Shown: positions 1 through 12,363, numbered from the whole stretch's first letter. The stretch: DNA of 63,609 nt, filler included, from Octopus bimaculoides (GCF_001194135.2; 6 parts of 6 records of this genome joined end to end with filler, not necessarily neighbours in it), one strand, 5' to 3'. Numbers and translations are program-made. Notes: generated by a model from the letters alone, not told the origin.

Positions 1-480
1 TCTTATTTCATTGGCTTTATCTAGTGTGATGTTGCTACTTTTAACTAATTTTCCTCTTTTCAGGGTTGCTTTGGCACATGTTTCTAATCCGAATTTCATA
101 TCTATTTCCTTGGTAAAGCCATGTACTGTCTATAGTAGTGTTTCCAGCTCTTTGTCATTTCTGGCGTATAATTTTAGGTCATCCATATATAAAAGGTGGC
201 TGACTGTTTTTCCGTAACATTTGTATCCGCATCCAGTTCTATTTAGCAATTCAGTTAAAGGTGTGAGTGCCAGGCAGAACAGGAGTGGAGAGAGCGTGTC
301 TCCCTGGAATATTCCTCTTCTAATGGGGATGGCTTTCGTGTTCACAAGTCCCTCTTTTGTTTGGAGCTGTAGCACTGTCTGCTATTTTTTCATGAAGTGC
401 CTTATGTATTTTATAATAATTGGTGCCACCTTGTTTATAGCTAGTGTATCGAGAATCCACGTGTAGGAAACACTGTCGAA
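1..480 (-). mobile_element. R4/Dong-like non-LTR retrotransposon, reverse transcriptase remnant (5'-truncated, two in-frame stops)
   Basis: One minus frame reads FDSVSYTW...GIFQGDTLSPLLFCLAL...HLLYMDDLKLYA...MKFGLETCA, i.e. the RT motifs AFDSV, QGD-SP and YMDD in R4/Dong-style wording. The 5' break at FDSV joins directly to (TAA)n. Confidence 0.9.
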
Positions 481-541
<61 letters not shown>

Positions 542-582
542 GTTATTATTATTATTATCATTATCATCATCATCATTATTAT
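481..582. repeat. (TTA)n/(TCA)n microsatellite
   Basis: Directly visible. Confidence 0.98.
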
Positions 583-589
583 TACATCA

Positions 590-1445
590 TGAAAAATTGC
601 AACTTCATTTTGCTTGGAATAATGAAAAATATCAGGTGCACACAGCCAACAGATTGAGATTACACATGTCTACTTATGCTTTAAGAACCCTGCGGAAGAT
701 GATTTTTGTAAGTGTTCTGTCTTTACATTCGTTCCAAACTTTTGAGTTACGTTAGTAGTTGTGTACTGATACTTCCAATTGAATAATCACTATTGGTATC
801 ACGTCCACTTTCTTCACTGACAACAACCTGCGTAATTCCCACATCAATTCATCATAGTTGCTCACGTTTCCTTCTTTCTTTTCAATCCTGTTGTTACCAG
901 GACATGCTACATCAATTATCGGACATGTTTTTCTTTTCTGTTCACTACAGTAATGTCAAGTTTCTGAAGTTTAATCTGATGGTCACAGTGAATCATTGCA
1001 TCTCATAGGATTTTGCAGTCCTTGGTCACAACGTGTTTTTGATCTTTCTCAGCCATAATTTTGATCTTTCTCAGTCATAATTTCCACAAAGCTTCTAATG
1101 GATCATTCTTGTCACATTTTCATGTCGCCTTTTGTATTCACGTTGTGTTAATTTCAGGCATTCACTAACAATGTGCCACACTGTTTCAACCCTCATATTC
1201 TGGATTTGTCGCTTTCAGTTATTTTATCAATTCTACCCTTCACATAGTTTGTCCTCAATGCTTGTCTTGTGCCATACATATAAGTAATTCTATTCTATCT
1301 GCAAGTCACTCCTCTGCATCTATAACCATCGGCTTTCTGTATTTGTCTTAGCGCTCGTATTTCTTGCAAAAGTGACCGTGCATTTTTGTGCTTTTTTCAT
1401 ATTTGTATTTTTCTTTCTCAACTTAATTATCAGTTTTGATGATGC
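590..1445 (-). mobile_element. Older, frameshifted R4/Dong-like remnant: CCHC finger and restriction-like endonuclease region
   Basis: Minus-strand fragments QALRTNYVKGRIDK, ETVWHIVSECLKLTQREYKRRHENV (zinc finger), LDITVV and CPIIDVACPGNNRIEKKE, YDELMWELRRL, VDVIPIVI. Confidence 0.8.
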
Positions 1446-1476
1446 CAGATTTATTATTATTATTATTATTATTATT

Positions 1477-2020
1477 CAGTAGTTTTATTTTTATAACGTG
1501 CTTTCACTTCACTACCGAGCGCAGCTCTATGCGCCTTGGGTATGTGCTGTGGTTTGCTGTGGTGCTCTTATGTTTACTGTATTGAAAGTGTTTTGCGTAG
1601 AATGTGTGCAGTACCCAGTAGTGCAATTTTCTGTATGTTATATATATTTGTAAGTCCTGGTGTTTTTGTTATGTATTTGTCTGAATATTTTTTTATTATA
1701 CCTAAGGCACCTACTATGATAAGAATTGTTTCTGTTTTTAGATTCCACATTCGAGTTATCTCTATTTCCAGGTCTTTGTATTTTGAAAGTTTNNNNNNNN
1801 NNNNNNNNNNNNNNNNNNNNNNNNNNNNNNNNNNNNNNNNNNNNNNNNNNNNNNNNNNNNNNNNNNNNNNNNNNNNNNNNNNNNNNNNNNNNNNNNNNNN
1901 NNNNNNNNNNNNNNNNNNNNNNNNNNNNNNNNNNNNNNNNNNNNNNNNNNNNNNNNNNNNNNNNNNNNNNNNNNNNNNNNNCCAGTGTATATAACTCCCA
2001 GCTCTGTCGTGTCTGTGAAT
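1477..2020 (-). mobile_element. R4/Dong-like 3' end (REL endonuclease C-terminus plus 3' UTR), 5'-truncated, (TAA)n on both sides, N gap inside
   Basis: HRHDRAGSYIHW before the gap. After it: KLSKYKDLEIEITRMWNLKTETILIIVGALG...IQKIALLGTAHILRKTLSIQ* (stop at 1574-1576). Flanking (TTA)n at 1451-1476 and 2021-2113. Confidence 0.9.
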
Positions 2021-2021
2021 A

Positions 2022-2094
<73 letters not shown>

Positions 2095-2115
2095 TATTAT
2101 TATTATTTTTATTAA

Positions 2116-2336
2116 GACGGTTAACTGGCGGAATCGTTAGCACACCGGGCGAAATGCCTAGTGATATTTCGTCCATCTTCACGTTCTGAGTTCAAATTCT
2201 ACCGAGGTCGACTTTACCTTTTATCCTTTCGGAGTCGATAAAATTTGTGCCAGTTACTCACTGTGATCGATGTAATCGACTTAATCCCTTCGCCCAAATT
2301 TGAGGCCTTGTGCTTCCAGTAGAAAGGATTATTATT
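2116..2336 (+). mobile_element. tRNA-headed SINE family B, full length with (ATT)n tail
   Basis: A-box-like TGGCGGAATCG and B-box-like GAGTTCAAATTC. More than 10 related copies occur in the window. Confidence 0.85.
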
Positions 2337-2577
2337 GTACATATTTTTTGTATAGTAAACTACATCAATTTAACATTTCAGTTTTTGTTTTTATCATTGA
2401 TTCGTTGTTTAGGGCACTCCAAATGCCAATCATGCAAATAATATAATTTATATGCTGAGAGATTATTCAATTCTCACATCAACTTGGACATGTTTTACAA
2501 CATAAACACAAAATGCCTTTTCGCCTTTTCTCACGTCTTTGAAAAATATGAAAAATATCAGGCAAATATTTTAAGCC

Positions 2578-3290
2578 TTCGGAATAAATTCAGATTAAGT
2601 ATCGGGGTTTCGAAATTAATTTAGATTAATTAGATTAATTATTAATAATTCGGACTTAATTTGGATTCATTATCAAAAATTCAAAATTAACTTGGATTTA
2701 TTGATAAGAATCCAGAATTAATTTTGATCAATCATTAAGAATTCGGAATTAATTTGAATTAAGACCAATTCGGGATTAATTTGGATTAAGTACTAGGACA
2801 TTGGAATTAATTTGGATCAATTCTTAAGGGTTTAGAATGAACCTGGATCAATCCTCATGGTTTCGGAATTAATAGTTAAAAATTCGGAATCATTTTGGAA
2901 TAATTATTAAGGATTCGCAATTAACTTGGATTAACTGTTAAGGATTGTGATTTAACTTGGATGTACTGTACAGGAGCCAGAATTGATTTTGATTAATTAT
3001 TTAGAATTTGAAATTAATTTGGATCAAGTCTTAAGAATTCGGGATTAATTTGGATTAATTAGAAAGAATTCAGAATTGATTTGGATTAATCATTAAGACT
3101 TTGAAATTAATTTGGATTAATTGTTAAACCTTTGGAATGAAACTGGATTAATTATTATGGATTCAGAATTAATTGCTAAGAATTCGGAATCATTTTGGAT
3201 TAATTACTAAGGGTTCGGTTTTATCTTGGATTAATTGTTAAGGATTCGGAATTGATTTAGATTAACTATTTGGAATTAGGAATTATTCAA
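2578..3290. repeat. Degenerate 31-bp minisatellite (consensus ~TTCGGAATTAATTTGGATTAATTATTAAGAA), about 22 units
   Basis: Tandem units are visible. 2821-2945 aligns with 3121-3245 at exactly 300 bp. Confidence 0.9.
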
Positions 3291-4399
3291 CTCCGAGTAA
3301 GTCTCGCTTAGATCAGATCGATAATCAAAGGTGTTCTTATTACTCTTTCTTATTTCATTCAAACAAGGTGTTTTTGTAAGACTCAAGGGGGCTATTTTTG
3401 GACTGTAGACTCTGTATTAAGGGAGCTTCGGTTGCAATTTCTAGTAAGGTGAGCAACCATATAAAGGCTTTTTTACCGTCTGCAAGTTGGCAGATTTGGT
3501 TTGGATTCGATATAATTTCTATAATTCGTCTAATGAAATACACTTTTCTAACTTTAATGTGTTCGTGACCAAATAATTACTAGTAAATAAATAGGTGACA
3601 ATTGTAGCAAAATTGTTCCTGAAATTCATTATAAATTTGAATTTTAATTATGAATTTTACCATATGAAATTTTCGCTACCTCTATATATGACTATGTATC
3701 TTATTTATAAATCAACTTTATATCATATTCTACAGCGTAATTGATATGATGACCTTATTTTCGCAGATTGATTACTGTGTCGGTAGCAAATGTACCAGAT
3801 TCAGTACGGCGAATGCAAAAGAAATATGAGCATTGATTGTTATTTGAAATTCAACAAGTATGGTTGCATCTGCAGATATTTACCGCTGCTCTTGGCTATA
3901 ACTTACTCGTGTGAAAACATCGGTTTCTTTAGGCATACAGTTATATGATGAAATTTAGAAACCCCAACATGCGTAACTTCAAAGCAAGTCGGCACCATCT
4001 TTTCTAAAAGCACTCAAAATAATTAGAACAGTATTGACTAAGAAGAAGTGAATTATTGGAAAAGTCTTTCTGAGAGATTTGCTTTACTTACATAGCTGAT
4101 AAAAATGGCTTATTGATCTTATGTATTAATCTAGTTATCAAAAATCAATAAGTCTAAGACGTCAATTATTTCTCAGCTATATTTTAAAGAAGATTTCAAA
4201 AAATAAATCAATACCGATAATTGATGACAACTGACCTGGAGTCAGCAATCACTGTAAGATTTCCGGCTGTATCTACTTCACTTATATTATCAGTGCTCTT
4301 CAGGTAGTCTTGAATTTCAGAACGTCCCTACAATAGTTTACTTGTCTTGTATTCTTTGGTTTTAGATTAAAATGAATTTGATTAAATAATGTGGATCTA

Positions 4400-4552
4400 A
4401 GCACACACACACGCACACACACACGCACACACACACACGCGCACACACACACACACACACACGCATATACATATATACACACACATACACGCACACACAT
4501 ATATATATACATATATACACACACATATATACATGAATGTATATATATATAC

Positions 4553-4583
<31 letters not shown>

Positions 4584-4625
4584 TGGATGGATGGATGGAT
4601 GGATAGATGGATGGATGGATGGATG
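4400..4625. repeat. Compound (CA)n(TA)n(TATG)n(GGAT)n microsatellite
   Basis: Directly visible. Confidence 0.97.
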
Positions 4626-4651
4626 AGAGATCAATGGGAGGGAAAGAAATT

Positions 4652-5385
4652 AACAGAGTATATCACGCTTGGAACATCATTTAAATTTGTCTGTATTTAG
4701 TGGCGAGCTCATTACTAGACTTGAATTTTCGAAATCCATTTTGTTGCGTTCAATCAGTCGCTTATACTGTTGTGAAATGGCTGTACGATTTACCTTACAA
4801 TAATGTGTTAATATTGTGAAAAACTACTATGCGACGAATAATGCAGCAGAAGGAAGAAGATTGGCGGGCGCACATCCTCCCCGTCATTCGATGGTGCTTC
4901 GTTTAATAAGATAGTTCGAAACTACCGGTTCCGTGAAGGGTGAACATCACAGTGGTCGTCCAACTTTGCACAACAAAGGAGAGTTTCAGGCTGTAGTTAT
5001 GAAAGAGATTATCGAAAATACCCTGACATCTGCCCGCCGAATTGTAAGCCAACATGCTGACCATTCAGATTTTCATGTGAGTCACTCAACCGTTTACAAA
5101 ACTTTGTTTGAACTTAAGAAAAAACTGCACACTCCACGTCTCGTACAAGAACTCAATGACGACGATCCTGATCGGCGTCTACAAGAATGCGAAAATTTTC
5201 AATGCATGTTTGAAGATGATTCAACATCCGTTGATCGAATCTTATGGTCTGATGAGGCAGTTTTCAAACTCAACGGACGAATTAACAAACATAACTGTGT
5301 GTACTGGAATCCCGAAAATCTTCATTACACTTTGCACAAGTCGATGAATTAACCTGATCTCAGCGTTTGGTGTGCCGTTTCGACG
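4652..5385 (+). mobile_element. Tc1/mariner-superfamily transposase remnant (Tc3-like, DUF4817-type N-terminus), truncated after the first catalytic D
   Basis: MAVRFTLQ*CVNIVKNYY...FETTGSV...SGRP...PDRRLQECE...ILWSDEAVFKLNGRINKHNCVYWNPEN...VWCAVS. ATG at 4777, with stops. Confidence 0.85.
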
Positions 5386-5389
5386 TCCT

Positions 5390-7980
5390 CTTGCGAGAGA
5401 TAAACTGGTTCGAGTAAAGTATAAATAGTAATGATCCGAGTGAGTTCAAGAGTTCAGAGTTTGGAGTTGAGTGAAGTTCGTGTTAGTTTGCAGTGAAGTC
5501 GGAAGGTGTCGGTTGATTAGTTCACAAGTAAGATTGATTGTTGGTTCGTTAAGAGATTTGTTTGTTCGTTACATTGCTTTTACTGTTGTCTGGTTATCTT
5601 ATTTATTGTACGTAACAAATTACGTTTCGACAACTAGTGACGAGGTTTTCGAAGATCATGTAGGTTATTTAACAATTTGTTCGTGATACAACTTGTTAAA
5701 TAATGGAAGACCTATTAGCTTCCATTGTAAAGTTGCAAAAGCAATATCAAGAGCAGCAACAGGAGTTGCAGAAGCAGCTGTTACAGCAACAACTACTACG
5801 ACAACAATTATTAGAGCTATATTGAAAGAAGTCCAAAAATGAGGTAAATTCGTTTCCACCAGACGGCGTTTCGAAATCTATTAATGAATTCAGTTAGAGC
5901 CCAGAGGAGGGCATAACTTTTGCATCGTACTACAGAAGGTACGAGATTTTAAAGCAAGATTGCAAATCATGGTTGGACGAACAAAAGCGAAATTGTTATT
6001 GCGAAAATTAGCTCCGTTAAAGCATAACCGTTACTGTAATTTCATATTGACCAAAAAAAAAAAAATGTTTTATAGAAACAATAGAATTACTGTCTAACAT
6101 ATCCGGTGATAAAACTGATGATTTTATCACATACGCAGGAACAGTCAACAGGATGTGTGAAAGTTTTAAATTCAAAGAGTTTACACCCTGAAATGTTTAA
6201 GGGTCCTATTTTTGTACAAGGCCTTACAGCAAGAGAATATACAGAAATTCGGACAAAAATTCTTTCTAAATTGGAACAAGCGAACCAAGATCTAACCTTA
6301 CAATCCGTGGTAGAAGAATGCCAAAGGCTGGTAAACCTGAAACACGATGTAGAAAAAATTCAAGAAAAGGATTCTTCAAAAGTACAGATATGCTGTCCAG
6401 AAAAAGTACAACCCAGAATGAGCGCCACGCCCTTATCCATGTTATGGATGTGGAAGCATACAATTCAGAAAGACAGATCATTTAAAAATCAAAAATGTTA
6501 CAGTTGCAAAAGAATTGGTCACAAGAGTTCATACTGCAGAACAAAATTAAGAAGGCCAGGCATTAAAAATCCTACAGTGCTCTCAGCAGAAACAAAAATC
6601 GACTCCTAAATGAGAAAATTCATACTCGGGAAAATAAATGGAATACATATCAAACTTCAGTTGGTTACTGGAAGTGATATTTCAATAATATATATGGATA
6701 GATGGGAAAAAATAGGAAAAATATTTTGAGAAAAGCAGCGAAATCTGCTCGTAGCGTGACGGGCGACAAATCACATTTCATAGGCGAAATGTGAACTAAG
6801 GTCACATTTCGATGGAAAACATGCAAGGCGAAAGTCTTCGTGGTTAAAGATACAACCGATTGGTTAGAATTATACGATTTATGGGACCTCCCCATAAATC
6901 TCTATTGTAAAAATGTAAATGGTTGTCCCTTTAAAATTAATTCGTCTGACGACTTTAAGAGAAAAATTTTAAAAGTTTCCGCAAGTACTCTCGGACAAAC
7001 TAGGTCTATGCACAAAGGCTGAGACCTCATGATTCAGGATACATATCGTCTATGCTGGACCAGTGAACGGCGCATACTATGTAATCGTTTGCTCGATACG
7101 GTGTTCCAAACACGTTAGTTTCAGATAATGGAGCGCAATTCACGGGATTTGAATTAAGAAATTTCTGAAAAATACATGCCATAAAGCTCATCTTTAATCC
7201 GCCCTACCACCTAAGGTCAAATGAGCAGGGGAAAGGTTTGTCGACACGTTCAAAAGAGCTCTAAGAAAAGCTAAGAACGAGGTAGATAATGACGAGGCAC
7301 TAACAAAATTTTTGGGAGTATATAGAATAACGTCAAATCCAAATACTAATTCAGGAAAGTCACCAGCAGAGTTAATGTTCGGTCGTAAAATAAAATCGAT
7401 CTTCGACAAATTATTGCCAGGAGAAAATACATATAAAAAAAAGAAGAAAAAATGCATCTGAAGGAAATGCAAGAAATATTACAAAACATTTTGAAGTAAG
7501 AGATACATTTCAGCTAAAAAATTACAAAAATGATGAAGGGGTTTGGGAGGATGACTATGTAATCAAAGATTAGGTAACACGATGCATTTAATTAAAGGAC
7601 AACGTTCGGAACATCAGAGATATCTGAACAAGGTAAAGATGAGACATACAGTAGAACGAAGGATATTACCAATGGAAGTCTTCTATGATATGCTTGAGCT
7701 ATTGCACCGAGAGATATTGAACCGCGTAGAACTAGCTTCAGAAAACGAAAACAAACTGAATATCTGGAAGTAATACCTGAACGAAAGAGATACTAAATTT
7801 TCAAAAAAGCAAAAACAAAACAAAAAAAAAGAAAAAAAAGACAGGAGTGCTTAGTACAACGAAAAGAAAAAGTGCTGTGTGCAATGAACAATACTACCTT
7901 AAAAGTCGGGCAACAATTAAGATATGCTCTTTACGGAACTTTGTTACCACTATGATTTGCTTACTTTATAAGTATTGACA
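5390..7980 (+). mobile_element. Ty3/gypsy (Mag-like) LTR retrotransposon remnant: partial 5' LTR, PBS, gag, protease and integrase fragments; RT/RNase H absent
   Basis: LTR-like end CA at 5631-5632, then PBS-like TAGTGACGAGG. Gag PEEGITFASYYRRYE, IFVQGL...LTLQSVVEECQ and CCHC CYSCKRIGHKSSYC. Protease-like LQLVTGSDISII. Integrase SDNGAQF, GERFVDTFKRAL and SPAELMFGRKIK. Purine tract 7822-7847 followed by TG. Confidence 0.85.
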
Positions 7981-8042
7981 ATTCTGAAATTGGTTTTCTC
8001 AGGCGACAACTGACTTGAATAAATGTTTTGTATTTCAAAGAT

Positions 8043-8695
8043 ATGGCCAGTTGTGAGAGAAGAAAATGCGAAAAACAACCCCATTGTCTTTTGCTATATA
8101 TATTGATGTTACACTTTACCTAGGCAGCAAATCAAAATCAGATTTTGTGAAGAAAGCTTACCTTACTACTTTGGCATGAAATTGGGTGATGAAGACAAAG
8201 CCTGGGTAGTCCATAAAGTGTGTGAAACACGTGTTGAAACACTGAAACAGTGACTGTTTGAAATAATTAAGCAGAACGTTTCCAGCTTTGTCTTGTGAGA
8301 AAATTAAGGTTGGTGCATTTCACGAGTCACATATTAGGTTGCAAGACGAGCAGTTTTTGAAGACCATGTCTGGCGTTAAAAAAGAACTGTGGAATGCTTT
8401 TGCTGCAGTTGTGTCTGATTTCCTGGAAACCATGAAGTCATTTCAAGCACTGGACTACAACATGTGTGTAAAAGTGCATTTCCTGCACAGTCATCTGGAA
8501 TACTTCTCTGAAAGTCATAGTGCGATAAGTGATGAGCAAGGAGAAAGATTCCAGCAAGACATCGTGACCATGGAGAAAAGGTATCAAGATAGGTGCAATG
8601 CAAACATGATGGCTTCCTACTACTGGTCTCTGCAAAGAGACTTTTATGACACAAGTTATTCATGCAAAGCAGCTAAGAGAGGGTTCACTCCTTGA
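8043..8695 (+). mobile_element. Chapaev3-like (CMC superfamily) DNA transposase remnant with a large internal deletion
   Basis: N-terminal RRKC..NP..FCYI...FVKKAY..YFGMKLGDEDKAW..HKVC is fused almost directly to C-terminal KVHFLHSHLEYF...SDEQGERFQQDI..MEKRYQ...YWSLQRD. The transposase call is strong; the family assignment is from motif recollection. Confidence 0.75.
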
Positions 8696-8870
8696 GTAGC
8701 GGAGACTCCGGTCTTCCAGAAATATCAATTATAAGATGGTGTACTATATATGTTAAACAATACAAAGTATTATAGTTTGCATTATTTTTTTATTTCAGTA
8801 TTATGCTTGACAGCAAAATTGGCAACTTTTGGTAAAAACTGAATTCCCCATTAAGAAAAAAAAAAAAAAA

Positions 8871-9261
8871 GAGTGGCTGTGTGGTAAGTAGCTTGCTTAC
8901 GAACCACATGGTTCCGGGTTCAGTCCCACTGCGTGGCACCTTGGGCAAGTGTCATCTACTATAGCCTCGGGCCGACCAAAGCCTTGTGGGTGGATTTGGT
9001 AGACGGAAACTGGAAGAAGCCCGTCGTATATATGTGTATGTGTGTATGTGTGTTTATGTGTCTGTGTTTGTCACCCCAACATCGCTTGACAACCGATGCT
9101 GGTGTGTTTAGGTCCCCGTAACTTAGCGATTCGGCAAAAGAGACTGACAGAATAAGTACTAGACTTACAAAGAATAAGTCCTGGGGTCGACTAGAGGCGG
9201 TGCTCCAGCATGGCCACAGTCAAATGACTGAAATAAATAAAAGTGTAAAAGAGTAAAAGAG
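8871..9261 (+). mobile_element. tRNA/CORE-like SINE family A, full length
   Basis: Head GTGGCTGTGTGGTAAG...GGTTCAGTCCC, CORE-like CTTGGGCAAGTGTC, internal (TA/TG)n tract and (AAAGAGT)n tail. Near-identical to the copy at 60683-61058. Confidence 0.9.
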
Positions 9262-10651
9262 AACCCAACACCATTAAATTTGGAATGGCTTATTGTCAAA
9301 AGCAAGGCAACTAAATTTTTTTTCGAAAATTTTCCCAAGTGTTTTCTATTCAATGCAAAACAGTTAATGTGGCATTGCAGAATGGCTTACTGTAAACACT
9401 CACTATACCATAAAGCTTCCCGTAAATGTTACAATTTGCCATCATCGAGTCAGAGCTTATTCTAATGGAACTGTTCTAGAAAATATTTGATCTTTTGTTG
9501 AAATATTAAGTTGAAATGGTTAAAATGTGAAATTTCGTTGGACTGTGACGCTCAAACTAATCGAATCAGTTCATACAAGTTCCATTTACAATCTATAGTA
9601 AGTCGTTTAATGTTAAAATTATCGATACACCCATCTTTCATCGTGCTATCATATTTATCTTTCATTCCATTGAAAGGAAATTTAATTCAGGTAACGATTC
9701 TTGAAGTTGCCCTCTGTCATGTCGATATAATGTTTGGTCGTGGTCACTTCACTTAAAGGGGACATGCTAACTAATAGATTATGACATCAATTTCATTGTA
9801 AATATCAAAGGAGAATACATCATTATTTCTAGACTCACAGATTTTCTAGATATGATATTGCGAGAGTTACTCGTAGCGCTATATCTCAGTGTCGTCTATA
9901 TTAAATAATTGATAGAGTCATCTGCAGTTAATGCTTATTAATAAATGCTCAAAATGTTTACTTACATCAATGTTTGATATCTAGTGGAAGCTATTTTTTC
10001 TGCATTTTTCGTTTTTATTGCAGACTGTACTTGTCTAAGTATAAAACTAACTTATCATTGAAACTATTCTTTTCCATAATTTGCAAAACATTATTAACAA
10101 TTTCTTAACTAAAGCGGCCTTCTCTAGATATTGAATGGATTTTGAAAAATAACTGTAACATGAATTTTAACGAGGCAGTCGAGGATAACTGGATATACAG
10201 GCATGGTTCTAGATGTTGTCATATGTACACCACACTAAAATGTTATATATATTTTGACACAATGTCAAATCTTTACACATGGCAACACTAACATTAACTA
10301 TGGAAGCCAACGGTTAGTAGTTGACAACTTTGTAAATCTGGGAATGTAAAAGAAAGTGAAATATTCTATGCACCATGATGTTCTGGTGATCTAATGAGGT
10401 AGCTTTCTAGATTTGCATAAATTTATGAACATACAATAGTATTGTATAATGCTCAGAGTACATGTTAATATCCTTCAACCATGATAACTGTTACATGAAA
10501 GCCATTCGCCATCTCCTGCTAGAGAACATGTCGACATCCTGCTGGATCAACTACGATGTTTACTTGCATTCGCATTTGTCCATTACAAACGTCGTTGATA
10601 TATCAATCCCCCGCGAAGAGGTCATCCTAACGTTGTATCTGCTGCCATCTA

Positions 10652-10664
10652 TATGTATATCTAC

Positions 10665-10729
<65 letters not shown>
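10652..10729. repeat. (TCTA)n microsatellite
   Basis: Directly visible. Confidence 0.97.
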
Positions 10730-10730
<1 letters not shown>

Positions 10731-11044
10731 GTGATTGGTTGTCTTTTTCGTCTGCGTAAGTCTAAACAATTTCCCGTATTTATTTGTTTGTTTTTACTGA
10801 ATTTTTGTCAACAGTTGGTTAACAACATCGGTTTTCGCCTGAGTGAGGCAGTCTTACGAAAATCCACCCGCAGCGGGTGTATTTTCGCATTTGAAATTTC
10901 AAATTTCATTAAAAAAAAATTTTTTGAATCGGTTCTGAAAAATGGATAACTTATCAAACGCTCCTAACGTTACATAGACATTAATTTCCCTGCATTGCCG
11001 AACGCTGCAGGGAAGACAAAAAGCATTGAATCAGATTTACACAC

Positions 11045-11101
<57 letters not shown>

Positions 11102-11150
11102 AAGANNNNNNNNNNNNNNNNNNNNNNNNNNNNNNNNNNNNNNNNNNNNN

Positions 11151-11209
<59 letters not shown>

Positions 11210-11538
11210 AAGAACATCAACACACATGCTTATAACAGGGTTCCCAGCAAGCAAGTGGGAAAGGAAAGCAAGAAGAATGAATAAATATCTACTGCCACCA
11301 CCACTGCCACCACAACTACCACCACCACTACCACCACAACCACCACCACAGAAACTAGCACCTACTGGACAATAGGCTCATTTGCTCATGTACTCATTCA
11401 ATCACCAGTTCCTAATGATTATATGCTTCCACACCCTTGTTCTTGCAATTACCAACTCTTTATATTTGACATGTTGTACTACTAAGAAATGTGTATGTAT
11501 TCATCTAATACATTCTAATACATTGGAATAGACATACT

Positions 11539-11587
11539 AAAGCGTTGTGAATGGATTTGGTAGACGGAAACTGAAAGAAGCCCGTCG

Positions 11588-11620
<33 letters not shown>

Positions 11621-11635
11621 ATATATTCACATATG

Positions 11636-11682
<47 letters not shown>

Positions 11683-11890
11683 GTTTATGTCTATGTGTCT
11701 GTGCTTGCCCCCACCATCGCTTGACAACCGATGTTGATGTGTTTACGTCCCTGTAACTTAGCCATTTGGCAAAGAAACTGTTAGAATAAGTACTAGGCTT
11801 ACAAAGAATGAGTACTGGGTCGGTTTGTTCGACTAAAGCGGTGCTCCAGCATTTGTTTCAGCATGACAAACATATAAAAGAATAAAAAAG
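11539..11890 (+). mobile_element. SINE family A, 5'-truncated, with expanded internal (TA)n
   Basis: Aligns to the copy at 8871-9261 from GGATTTGGTAGACGGAAAC onward. Confidence 0.85.
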
Positions 11891-12363
11891 AATTAAAAAA
11901 ATATATATATATTTACACACACGCACACACATACATACATAAAACTATCTTTACCTAACTCTATTCTTATACCACTATATGCATTACTATATCGACTAAC
12001 TGTTATTCCTGCATCTCTCATACCATGGACTTTAACATACTTCTCAACATTCTGAAGAGATCTGCCAACCCATTTGGCACATCGAAACGATCGTAAATGA
12101 ACCATTATACAATCTCCACATAAATCAATGCGAACTAGCCCAATTGACATGCTTCTTCTTGTGTTTGTTTCTCCATTCTCCACTTAATTATAATTATAAA
12201 CTGCGGTTTAAACGATAAATTACCTGCCTCTGGATACCTGTTAACAAAGACGGTACCCACACAAGTAATCTCCAAGAGTGCCTTCGGATTTAACTATCCC
12301 CCTGCTTTCTTAGATACTTCAGACTACCCCTTGAATATTGATGCAATCCTATCATATACCTAT

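Noticed and set aside
2578-3290. Repeat array as a CRISPR locus or repeat protein
   Set aside because: The units are contiguous and degenerate with no unique spacers and no cas genes, the context is eukaryotic, and 31 is not a multiple of 3.
3767-3870. Possible exon after TTTTCGCAG
   Set aside because: Stops in all frames and no recognisable peptide.
10815-10876. Possible exon after TTTTGTCAACAG (LVNNIGFRLSEAVLRKSTRSG)
   Set aside because: The donor is weak (GTGTAT), there is no homology cue, and it cannot be distinguished from chance.
11890-12363. 96-aa minus-strand ORF or TE fragment
   Set aside because: No recognisable motif.
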